NCBI GenBank assembly: GCA_009996515.1
Contig: JAACZV010000007.1
Location: 10,482 to 74,481 of the forward strand
Length of the DNA stretch: 64,000 nt
Reading direction: 5' to 3'
Origin: Comamonadaceae bacterium
Lineage (GTDB): Bacteria; Pseudomonadota; Gammaproteobacteria; Burkholderiales; Burkholderiaceae_C
Shown: positions 23,861 through 36,029 of the stretch, piece after piece
Numbering within the stretch: the stretch's first letter is position 1
Layout of the letters: the number at the start of each line of letters is the position of its first letter
Position numbers and translations under genes: made by a program
The notes under the pieces: model-generated
The model's database searches: none
What the model was told of the DNA's origin: nothing
Seen by the model: only the letters and a program-made list of their open reading frames with translations

Positions 23861-23888
23861 GGAAGAAAATCCATGCCTCGTCCGTTGT
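23861..23888 (+). promoter_or_regulatory. Candidate autoregulatory ECF promoter of the sigma gene, overlapping a divergent site for the S8 gene (23845-23872, minus)
   Basis: Plus strand GGAAGAAAAT-ccatgcctcgtc-CGTTGT; minus strand GGATTTTCTT-ccgccccgcgct-CGTTAT. Both place CGTT 22 nt after the first G of GGA. Confidence 0.62.
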
Positions 23889-23898
23889 CCATGCATCG

Positions 23899-24396
23899 AT
23901 GCACGAAAGCCTTGCCGAGCTTCGCCAGGAGATTGCCGCGCTGCTGCCGCGGCTGCGCCGTTTCGGCCGCACGCTGGCCCCGGCCCGCGAAGACGCCGAC
24001 GACCTCGTGCAGGTCGCCATCGAGAAGGCGCTGACGCGCACCGACCAGTGGACGCCTGGAACGCGTCTGGACAGCTGGATGTTTCGCATCATGCAGAACG
24101 CGTGGATTGACGAGCTGAGGGCGCGCGAACGGCGCGGCCAGACCTTTTTGCCCGAGGAGGCCGGCGAACAGGTCGGCGACGACGCCAAGTCCGGCGCGCC
24201 GCTGGACGCCATCCTCGTGCGCCGGGCCGTGGCCAGGCTCAGCGCTGAGCACCGCGCCGTGGTGGGCCTGGTGCTGGTCGAGGGCCTGAGCTACCAGGAG
24301 GCGGCCGAGACACTGCAGGTGCCGGTCGGCACCGTCACCAGTCGCCTGGCGCGGGCCCGCGAGGCGCTGCAGGAGTTGCTGGGAGAGTGGCCATGA
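23899..24396 (+). CDS. ECF RNA polymerase sigma factor (PrtI-like)
   Basis: LLPRLRRFGRTL...DADDLVQ...LDSWMFRIMQNAWID (region 2); GLSYQEAAETLQVPVGTVTSRLARAR (region 4). Confidence 0.92.
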   Translation: MHESLAELRQEIAALLPRLRRFGRTLAPAREDADDLVQVAIEKALTRTDQWTPGTRLDSWMFRIMQNAWIDELRARERRGQTFLPEEAGEQVGDDAKSGAPLDAILVRRAVARLSAEHRAVVGLVLVEGLSYQEAAETLQVPVGTVTSRLARAREALQELLGEWP

Positions 24397-25004
24397 GCCT
24401 GAACGACGAACAGCGGCTGAGGGCCGAGCGCCGCCGCATGGCCGCGGCCTTCGACGATGTGCTGGACGAGCCGGTGCCGGACCGCCTCAAGGCCTTGCTG
24501 GCCGAACCGGCGCCCGCGCCGCAGGTGGTGGACCTGGGCGCCGTGCGTGCGCAGCGCCGCGGCATGGCCCGCTGGGCCGCCTGGGGCGGCATGGCCGCGA
24601 CGCTGGTGCTGGGCACGCTGATCGGCATGCGGCTGACGCCGGCGGACGATGACGGCCAGGGCCGCCTGCTCGCCCGCGGCGCCCTCGCCAAGGCACTGGA
24701 CCAGCAACTGGCCAGCGCCCCGGCCGGCGGCCCGGTGGCTGTGCAGATCAGCTTCAAGGCCAGGGACGGCCGCTTCTGCCGCAGCTTCTCGATGGCCGCG
24801 TCGGCCGGCCTGGCCTGCCGCGAGCGCGATGGCGCCTGGGCGCTGCAGCAGGTCGCGGCCGTGGCGCCGGCAGCGGGCGGCGGCATGCGCCAGGCGGCCA
24901 GCAGCCTGCCGCCCAGCGTGCTGGGCGCGGTGGACGCCCTGATGGCCGGTGACGCGCTGAATCCCGCGCAGGAGAAGGCCGCGCGGGACGGCGGCTGGCG
25001 TTAG
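24393..25004 (+). CDS. Putative transmembrane anti-sigma factor
   Basis: ATGA-coupled to the sigma gene; DEPVPDRL motif, one TM helix (WAAWGGMAATLVLGTLIG), then a periplasmic domain with a Cys pair (RFCRSF...GLACR). Confidence 0.8.
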   Translation: MSLNDEQRLRAERRRMAAAFDDVLDEPVPDRLKALLAEPAPAPQVVDLGAVRAQRRGMARWAAWGGMAATLVLGTLIGMRLTPADDDGQGRLLARGALAKALDQQLASAPAGGPVAVQISFKARDGRFCRSFSMAASAGLACRERDGAWALQQVAAVAPAAGGGMRQAASSLPPSVLGAVDALMAGDALNPAQEKAARDGGWR

Positions 25005-25300
25005 GCCAGCGGCACGGCCTGGAAATGTTCCACGCTCGGCGGGCCGGCGAAGAAGCTGCCGATGTGGCCGCGCCAGACCGCGAACAGCGGCCCGTCGCGG
25101 AAGCCCTGCATGTGGTCTTCCAGCGTCTGCCATTCGACCAGCAGCACATAGCGCTCGGGCGACTCGACGCCATGCTGCACGCGGGCGCTGATGAAGCCCG
25201 GCGAGCGCGACAGCGCGGTGGCGATGCCGATCCTGAGGGCGGCTTCGAAGGCGGCCTGCTGGCCGGGCTGGATGCGGAAGTCGGCGATTTCGAGAATCAT
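25001..25300 (-). CDS. Antibiotic biosynthesis monooxygenase (ABM) family protein
   Basis: MILEIADFRIQPGQQAAFEAA...ESPERYVLLVEWQTLEDHMQGFR; 99 aa. Confidence 0.88.
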   Translation of the reverse strand: MILEIADFRIQPGQQAAFEAALRIGIATALSRSPGFISARVQHGVESPERYVLLVEWQTLEDHMQGFRDGPLFAVWRGHIGSFFAGPPSVEHFQAVPLA

Positions 25301-25370
25301 GGCCGGCAGTGTCGCTCGGCTGGCATGCACCGCCGCTCCGGTCGGGCATCAAGCCGCCCGGCGCGCGGCC

Positions 25371-26009
25371 TCAGCGCGGCATTTCCAGGCTGCGCCAGAT
25401 CAGGCCCGTGATCAGCTGGCGGGCGCGCTCGAAGTCTTCGTCGTCCAGCGCGGGCTTGCCCATGAAGAGCGAGAACTGCGCGCCCAGGTCCGCATAGGCC
25501 TGCGTGGACGACCACAGCAGGAACATCAGGTGCGTGAAGTCCAGGTGGCGGATCAAGCCCTCCCTGGCCCAGCGCTCGAAGCGCTCCACGTCGGCATGCA
25601 GCAGCGGCATGACCTGGGCCTTCAGCACGTCCTGGTAGCGCGGCGCGCCGGCCATGATCTCGCGTGTGAAGACGGCATTGCCGCTGGGGCGCTCGCGGCT
25701 GAAGCGCAGCTTGACGTCCACATAGGTGTGGATGGCCGCCTCGGGCTCGTCGGCCTCGGCGATGGCGCTCATGTTGGCCATCCATTCACCCATCACGCTG
25801 TCCAGCACCGCACGGTAGAGCTCTTCCTTGCTGGGCCAGTGGTAGAGCAGGTTCTGGCGCGACAGGTCCAGCGCCGCGGCGATGCTGTCCAGGCTGACGC
25901 CCTCGAAGCCGAAGCGCGCGAACTGGCGCTCGGCCTCGGCAAGGATGGCCTCCTGCTTGCGCAGGGTGGCGGCGCGCGGCGTGCGCGTCACGGGGGCGAT
26001 GTCAGTCAT
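25371..26009 (-). CDS. rutR: TetR family regulator, RutR-like
   Basis: TetR HTH (ILAEAERQFARFGFEGVSLDSIAAALDLSRQNLLYHW); RutR-type C-terminus (FTREIMAGAP, STQAYADL); divergent from the pyrimidine operon. Confidence 0.85.
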   Translation of the reverse strand: MTDIAPVTRTPRAATLRKQEAILAEAERQFARFGFEGVSLDSIAAALDLSRQNLLYHWPSKEELYRAVLDSVMGEWMANMSAIAEADEPEAAIHTYVDVKLRFSRERPSGNAVFTREIMAGAPRYQDVLKAQVMPLLHADVERFERWAREGLIRHLDFTHLMFLLWSSTQAYADLGAQFSLFMGKPALDDEDFERARQLITGLIWRSLEMPR

Positions 26010-26052
26010 GGGCTGAATTCTGATGGCGTGCACCAAGACGATGCTGCGGGTT

Positions 26053-26068
26053 TTTACGCTTCGGTCAA
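26053..26068. promoter_or_regulatory. RutR-box-like operator
   Basis: TTTACG-CTTC-GGTCAA resembles TTGACC-N4-GGTCAA and lies between rutR and preT. Confidence 0.65.
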
Positions 26069-26115
26069 TTTTTACGGGGAAGTAATGTTTGCCTGTTTTC
26101 GCCAGGGAGACTGCC

Positions 26116-27498
26116 GTGGACCTTGCAGATTTGAAATCGGGCCGGCTCGCGCCGGATGACTATGCCCGCAATTTCGCGGAGGCCCACCCGCCGCTGAACC
26201 GGGCCCAGGCGCTGATCGAGGCCGAGCGCTGCTACTACTGCCATGACGCGCCCTGCCAGACGGCCTGCCCCACCGGCATCGACATCCCCAGCTTCATCCA
26301 ACGCGTCGCCCAGGACAACGTGCGCGGCGCGGCCGAGGCCATCCTGACGGCCAACCCGCTGGGCGGCATGTGCGCCCGCGTCTGCCCCACCGAGGTGCTG
26401 TGCGAGCAGGCCTGCGTGCGCAACAGCCACGAGAGCAAGCCCGTGGAGATCGGCCTGCTGCAGCGCTACGCGGTGGAGGGCCACCTGGCCAACCCCGGCA
26501 AGCCCATGTTCACACGCGGCATGCCCACGGGGCGGCGCGTCGCCGTGGTGGGCGCCGGCCCGGCGGGCCTGGCCGCGGCCCACGGGCTGGCCTGGCGCGG
26601 GCATGAGGTGGTGCTGTTCGACGCCGCGGCCAAGCTGGGCGGCCTGAACGAATACGGCCTGGCCACCTACAAGGTGGCCGGCGGCTTTGCGCAGCGCGAA
26701 GTCGACTGGCTGCTGTCCATCGGCGGCATCACGCCGAAGCTGAACTGCCGGCTGGGCCGCGACATCACGCTGGACGGCCTGCTGGCCGAGTACGACGCGG
26801 TCTTCCTGGGCCTGGGCCTGCAGGGCGTCAACGCGCTGGGCATCGCCGAGCCCCAGTTGCCGGGCCTGCGGTCCTCGTACAGGGATGCGGTGGACTTCAT
26901 CGCAGAGCTGCGCCAGAGCGCGCCCGAGATCGTGCCGGTGGGCCGCCGGGTCGTCGTCATCGGCGGCGGCATGACGGCCGTGGATGCGGCCGTGCAGAGC
27001 AAGCTGCTGGGCGCCGAGCAGGTCACCATGGTCTACCGCCGCGGGCCCGAGAGCCTGTCCGCCTCGCTGCATGAGCAGCACTGGGCGCAGACCCATGGCG
27101 TGACCATCCGCTGCTGGGCGCGGCCGCTGGCCGTCGTCGCCGAGGGCGGCGTGCTGCGCGGCATGCGCTTCGCCGCGACCCGGCTGGACGGCGGCCAGCT
27201 GGTGGACAGCGGCGAGCAGTTCACCCTGGAGGCCGACCTGGTGCTGCGCGCCATCGGCCAGACCTTCGAGGCCGCGCCCATCGGCGCCGGCATCGAGCTG
27301 CAGTCCGGCCGCATCAAGACCGATGCCGACGGCCAGACCAGCCTGGCCCGCGTCTGGGCCGGCGGCGACTGCCGCGCCGGCGGCCGCGACCTGACCGTGG
27401 AGGCCGTGGAGCATGGCAAGCGCGCGGCCATCGCCATCGACCGCCACCTGGGCCTCGCCACCGCCCGCCACCTCGACAAGGAGGCCGCCCATGGCTGA
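26116..27498 (+). CDS. preT: Dihydropyrimidine dehydrogenase subunit PreT
   Basis: CYYCHDAPCQTACP and CARVCPTEVLCEQAC Fe-S motifs; GAGPAG; VIGGGMTAVD. GTG start after the AGGGAGA RBS. Confidence 0.92.
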   Translation: MDLADLKSGRLAPDDYARNFAEAHPPLNRAQALIEAERCYYCHDAPCQTACPTGIDIPSFIQRVAQDNVRGAAEAILTANPLGGMCARVCPTEVLCEQACVRNSHESKPVEIGLLQRYAVEGHLANPGKPMFTRGMPTGRRVAVVGAGPAGLAAAHGLAWRGHEVVLFDAAAKLGGLNEYGLATYKVAGGFAQREVDWLLSIGGITPKLNCRLGRDITLDGLLAEYDAVFLGLGLQGVNALGIAEPQLPGLRSSYRDAVDFIAELRQSAPEIVPVGRRVVVIGGGMTAVDAAVQSKLLGAEQVTMVYRRGPESLSASLHEQHWAQTHGVTIRCWARPLAVVAEGGVLRGMRFAATRLDGGQLVDSGEQFTLEADLVLRAIGQTFEAAPIGAGIELQSGRIKTDADGQTSLARVWAGGDCRAGGRDLTVEAVEHGKRAAIAIDRHLGLATARHLDKEAAHG

Positions 27499-28798
27499 CC
27501 TGAGCACCGATTTCCTGGGCATCAAGAGCCCCAACCCCTTCTGGCTGGCCTCGGCCCCGCCCACCGACAAGGAGGTCAATGTGCGCCGCGCCTTCGAGGC
27601 CGGCTGGGGCGGCGTGGTCTGGAAGACGCTGGGCGAGGACCCGCCGGTGGTCAACGTCAACGGCCCGCGCTATGCCACGCTGTGGAGCCAGGACCGGCGC
27701 GTCATCGGCTTCAACAACATCGAGCTGATCAGTGACCGGCCGCTGCAGGTCAACCTCGACGAGATCCGCCGCGTGAAGCGCGACTTCCCGGACCGGGCCA
27801 TGGTCGTGTCGCTGATGGTGCCGGTGAACGAGCAGAGCTGGAAGGCCATCCTGGCCCGCGTGGCCGACACCGGCGCCGACGGCGTGGAGCTGAACTTCGG
27901 CTGCCCGCACGGCATGAGCGAGCGCGGCATGGGCTCGGCCGTGGGCCAGGTGCCGGAGTACATCCAGCAGGTCACCGAATGGTGCAAGCAGCACACCAGG
28001 CTGCCGGTCATCGTGAAGCTGACGCCCAACATCACCGACGTGCGCTACCCGGCGCGCGCGGCCAAGGCCGGCGGCGCGGATGCGGTCAGCCTCATCAACA
28101 CCATCAACTCGGTCATGGGCGTGGACCTGGACCGCATGACGATGAGCCCGGTCACCGACGGCTGGGGCTCGCACGGCGGCTATTGCGGCCCCGCCGTCAA
28201 GCCCATCGCGCTGAACATGGTGGCCGAGATCGCCCGCGACGCCGCCACGGCCGGCCTGCCCATCTCGGGCATAGGCGGCATCACCACCTGGCGCGACGCA
28301 GCCGAGTTCATCGCCATGGGCTGCGGCACGGTGCAGGTCTGCACGGCCGCCATGGTCTACGGCTTCAAGATCGTGCAGGACCTGTGCTCGGGCTTGAGCA
28401 ACTTCATGGACGAGAAGGGTTACGCCAACCTGAAGGCCTTCGAGGGCAAGGCGGTTCCCACGGTCAAGAACTGGAACCAGCTCAACCTCAACCATGTCGA
28501 CAAGGCCGTCATCGACCAGGCAAGCTGCATCCAGTGCGGCCGCTGCCACGTGGTGTGCGAAGACACCTCGCACCAGGCCATCTTCGCGACGAAAGACGGC
28601 AAGCGCCACTTCCACGTCAACGAAGCCGAGTGTGTCGGCTGCAACTTGTGCGTGTCGATTTGCCCCGTCCCTGGCACCATCACGATGCGTGCCCTCCAGC
28701 CGGGCGAGACCGATGCGCGCACCGGCCGCGTCATCGATGGCAGCTACGCCAACTGGACCACGCATCCGAACAACCCCATGCGCCAGAGCTGCGCCTGA
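27491..28798 (+). CDS. preA: Dihydropyrimidine dehydrogenase subunit PreA
   Basis: [29 protein letters not shown] and two C-terminal CxxCxxC ferredoxin motifs. Confidence 0.94.
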   Translation: MADLSTDFLGIKSPNPFWLASAPPTDKEVNVRRAFEAGWGGVVWKTLGEDPPVVNVNGPRYATLWSQDRRVIGFNNIELISDRPLQVNLDEIRRVKRDFPDRAMVVSLMVPVNEQSWKAILARVADTGADGVELNFGCPHGMSERGMGSAVGQVPEYIQQVTEWCKQHTRLPVIVKLTPNITDVRYPARAAKAGGADAVSLINTINSVMGVDLDRMTMSPVTDGWGSHGGYCGPAVKPIALNMVAEIARDAATAGLPISGIGGITTWRDAAEFIAMGCGTVQVCTAAMVYGFKIVQDLCSGLSNFMDEKGYANLKAFEGKAVPTVKNWNQLNLNHVDKAVIDQASCIQCGRCHVVCEDTSHQAIFATKDGKRHFHVNEAECVGCNLCVSICPVPGTITMRALQPGETDARTGRVIDGSYANWTTHPNNPMRQSCA

Positions 28799-28808
28799 AG
28801 GACGAGCG

Positions 28809-30308
<1,500 letters not shown>

Positions 30309-30317
30309 AACCCCAAG

Positions 30318-30399
30318 GCAACCACAGAGGCACGGAGACACAGAGGAATAGCCAGCCATGAATTTCTCTGTGCCTCTGTGCCTCCGTGGTTGCATTTCC
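30318..30399. repeat. Palindromic intergenic element, copy 1
   Basis: GCAACCACAGAGGCACGGAGACACAGAG (30318-30345), 20-nt loop, CTCTGTGCCTCTGTGCCTCCGTGGTTGC (30366-30393); 25/28 complementary; followed by ATTTCC. Confidence 0.9.
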
Positions 30400-30413
30400 G
30401 TTCTGGAGCACGC

Positions 30414-33325
<2,912 letters not shown>

Positions 33326-33335
33326 CAGACAAAAC

Positions 33336-33418
33336 GCAACCACAGAGGCACAGAGTCACAGAGAAAATCCAAAGGGCTTCCCTTCTCTGTGCCTCTGTGC
33401 CTCGGTGGTTGCATTTCC
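33336..33418. repeat. Palindromic intergenic element, copy 2
   Basis: GCAACCACAGAGGCACAGAGTCACAGAG (33336-33363), 21-nt loop, CTCTGTGCCTCTGTGCCTCGGTGGTTGC (33385-33412); 26/28 complementary; followed by ATTTCC. Confidence 0.9.
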
Positions 33419-33433
33419 ATTGAGGAACCAGGA

Positions 33434-34690
33434 ATGGATACCGCAGTCACCCGACCCGACATCACCCAGCTGCGCGTCAACGGCCCGCGCCTGTGGGACT
33501 CGCTGATGGAACTGGCGCAGATCGGCGCCACCGACAAGGGCGGCGTCTGCCGCCTGACTCTGACCGACCTGGACAAGCAGGGCCGCGACCTCGTCACGCG
33601 CTGGGCACGCGAGGCGGGCATGACGGTCACGGTGGACAAGATCGGCAACGTCTTCATGCGCCGCGCCGGCCGCAACAACGCGCTGCCGCCCATCATGACC
33701 GGCAGCCACATCGACACCCAGCCCACCGGCGGCAAGTTCGACGGCAACTACGGCGTGCTGGCCGGCCTCGAGGTGGTGCGCACGCTGAACGACCATGGCG
33801 TCGAGACCGAGGCGCCCATCGAGGTCGCGTTCTGGACCAACGAGGAAGGCTCGCGCTTCGTGCCCGTCATGATGGGCTCGGGCGTGTTCGCCAAGGCCTT
33901 CACGCTGGAACATGCCTACGCGGCCACCGACACTGCAGGACTGACGGTCAAGGGCGAGCTGGAGCGCATCGGCTACATCGGCGAGCAGCAGCCCGGCGAC
34001 CACCCCATCGGCGCCTACTTCGAGACCCACATCGAGCAGGGTCCGGTGCTGGAGGACCACGACAAGACCATAGGCGTCGTCACCGGCGTGCTGGGCATAC
34101 GCTGGTACGACTGCGTCGTCACCGGCATGGAAGCCCACGCCGGCCCCACGCCCATGGCGCTGCGCAAGGATGCGCTGCAGGTGGCCACCAAGCTGATGCA
34201 GGAAGTCGTCGCCTGCGCCCACCGCCACCCGCCGCATGGGCGCGGCACCGTGGGCATGGTGCAGGTGCACCCGAACAGCCGCAACGTCATCCCCGGCCGG
34301 GTGAAGTTCAGCATCGACCTGCGCAACGCGACCGACGCACTGTGCGAGGCGATGGACACCGACATCCGTGCGGTGGCCGCGAAGCTGTCGGCCGACAGCG
34401 GCCTGCCCATCGAGATCACGCCCGTCAGCGCCTACCCGGCCCAGCCCTTCCACCCCGACTGCATCGGCGCCGTGCAGAAAGCCGCCGACACGCTGGGCTA
34501 CAGCAACATGCCCGCGGTTTCAGGCGCCGGCCACGACGCCGTCTACATGGCCCGCCTCGCGCCGGCCGGCATGATCTTCATCCCCTGCAAGGACGGCATC
34601 AGCCACAACGAGATCGAGGACGCCAAGCCGGAGCACATCGAGGCGGGGTGCAATGTGCTGTTGCAGGCGATGTTGGAGCGGGCGGGCTGA
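33434..34690 (+). CDS. Zn-dependent hydrolase (beta-ureidopropionase / N-carbamoyl-amino-acid amidohydrolase)
   Basis: GSHIDTQPTGGKFDG, TNEEGSRF, ETHIEQGP, HAGPTPM, SGAGHDA, SHNEIE. Confidence 0.92.
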   Translation: MDTAVTRPDITQLRVNGPRLWDSLMELAQIGATDKGGVCRLTLTDLDKQGRDLVTRWAREAGMTVTVDKIGNVFMRRAGRNNALPPIMTGSHIDTQPTGGKFDGNYGVLAGLEVVRTLNDHGVETEAPIEVAFWTNEEGSRFVPVMMGSGVFAKAFTLEHAYAATDTAGLTVKGELERIGYIGEQQPGDHPIGAYFETHIEQGPVLEDHDKTIGVVTGVLGIRWYDCVVTGMEAHAGPTPMALRKDALQVATKLMQEVVACAHRHPPHGRGTVGMVQVHPNSRNVIPGRVKFSIDLRNATDALCEAMDTDIRAVAAKLSADSGLPIEITPVSAYPAQPFHPDCIGAVQKAADTLGYSNMPAVSGAGHDAVYMARLAPAGMIFIPCKDGISHNEIEDAKPEHIEAGCNVLLQAMLERAG

Positions 34691-34709
34691 AGCCCGTTTG
34701 ATGGGGTGA

Positions 34710-35468
34710 TCAGGCCGCTAACAATTCTTTAAAACCTTCCCGTGCGGACCACGGGATCGGAGTTATGTCGTAGTTCCTGAGTGCGTCCTTCACAGCATCG
34801 CCAATCTTGTGCTCGCGATCATTCAACACCGCATAAGCCAGTGAATCCGCCGGGCGAACATCCTTCGTATCCACCCATGCGAACGCCACACTTTGGGCGT
34901 TATCTTTGTTCGGGTTGTTGATTACTCGGAGAATTCGCTCAGGAGCTTGGCGAGACTTCGGCACGACGAAGTCAAACTGATGGCTATATCTGCTGCGCCC
35001 CACAAATGTCACACTTGGCGAGTAGCGAACGTCCGCCTCATCCAGCCATAAGGCCACATCCTCAAAGAAAAAGCTCTCTACGTTGGCTCGGGCAACGAAG
35101 AACAAATCGTTGACCGCGAGAATCGCTTGCAACAAGCTATGTTTGCGCAGAGAAAAATTCTCGGGAAATGCTCGTACGACAAGCGCTTCGCCGTTCATTT
35201 GAACGCCGAATCCGTTCAGCGTTGAAGCCAGAAGCGCTTTTCGCCTTGGCGTATCTATTTCGCAGCCCGATTGCGCCAAGTCCGCAAGCGTGTAACCGTC
35301 GTCCGTTAGCAACCACTCCTCACCTTCCTTGCGAAGATAAATTTGGATGTAGTCGTTGTGCCGATCCAAGTAGGGTGTGGTTATTTCCAGCCAACCGTTA
35401 AGCTCGCGCAAGGACGTCTTAGCCTTGAGCCAGTCATAGTATCTCCCAATGAGATCAGGCGCATTCAT
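34710..35468 (-). CDS. DUF1828/DUF1829-like protein
   Basis: N-terminal EITTPYLDRHNDYIQIY...LTDDGYTL; C-terminal GRSRYSHQFDFVVP...FAWVDT. About 50% GC. Family assigned from memory of the motifs. Confidence 0.78.
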   Translation of the reverse strand: MNAPDLIGRYYDWLKAKTSLRELNGWLEITTPYLDRHNDYIQIYLRKEGEEWLLTDDGYTLADLAQSGCEIDTPRRKALLASTLNGFGVQMNGEALVVRAFPENFSLRKHSLLQAILAVNDLFFVARANVESFFFEDVALWLDEADVRYSPSVTFVGRSRYSHQFDFVVPKSRQAPERILRVINNPNKDNAQSVAFAWVDTKDVRPADSLAYAVLNDREHKIGDAVKDALRNYDITPIPWSAREGFKELLAA

Positions 35469-35911
35469 ACGGAGAACAGGCCTCTAGAAATGTTCGGTTG
35501 CTCTACAACGTTGCAGTAGCGCATGAAATCCAGCAGCACTTGCCAAGCATCATTCGGATCAGTTAGCAGCCCATCAGGCACGTCAAATGCCCACTTGTCC
35601 CCAAATCCCTCACGATACAGATGCAGGTGTGGCACACCCACCTCACTACCGTCGGGATTTCGATGAGGAGCTGCAAAATCCAACCTTGCCAAAACAAATA
35701 CGTGCCGCCCACGCATTTGATAGCCAGTCTTTAGAGAAATTCTTTTCCGATTGATATCGAGAGAAAAACGCTCCCGACCGTCCTTGGAAATCAGCGGCAA
35801 CTCGACACGCCCGCCGAAGTCCGGAAAGGCGACGGGCTTCTGCAGCACGGCAACTTTTTCTAGCCGCAGAAGCACGTCGGCATCGCTTTGCGCAAGACCG
35901 TCGTCAGCCAT
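35465..35911 (-). CDS. DUF6978-like hypothetical protein
   Basis: 148 aa with LARLDF...HRNPDG...PHLHLYREGFGDKWAF...DFMRYCN. RBS GGGAGAGAG upstream. Stop overlaps the ATG of the next gene (ATGA). Confidence 0.72.
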   Translation of the reverse strand: MADDGLAQSDADVLLRLEKVAVLQKPVAFPDFGGRVELPLISKDGRERFSLDINRKRISLKTGYQMRGRHVFVLARLDFAAPHRNPDGSEVGVPHLHLYREGFGDKWAFDVPDGLLTDPNDAWQVLLDFMRYCNVVEQPNISRGLFSV

Positions 35912-36029
35912 GACTCTCTCCCTTTTTTGCTGATTGTGTCAGCGCAGGGAAGAACCCAACGATAGGAACAAGCGCTAGGCGTCGAGAGTCCGTACCGCGA
36001 TTAGCGTTGTGGCAGCAAGGCTGGTCAAG

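Noticed and set aside
34691-36029. Low-GC islet read as an IS, prophage or integron cassette
   Set aside because: I found no transposase, integrase, terminal inverted repeats, target duplication or attC-like structure, so it is reported only as horizontally acquired.
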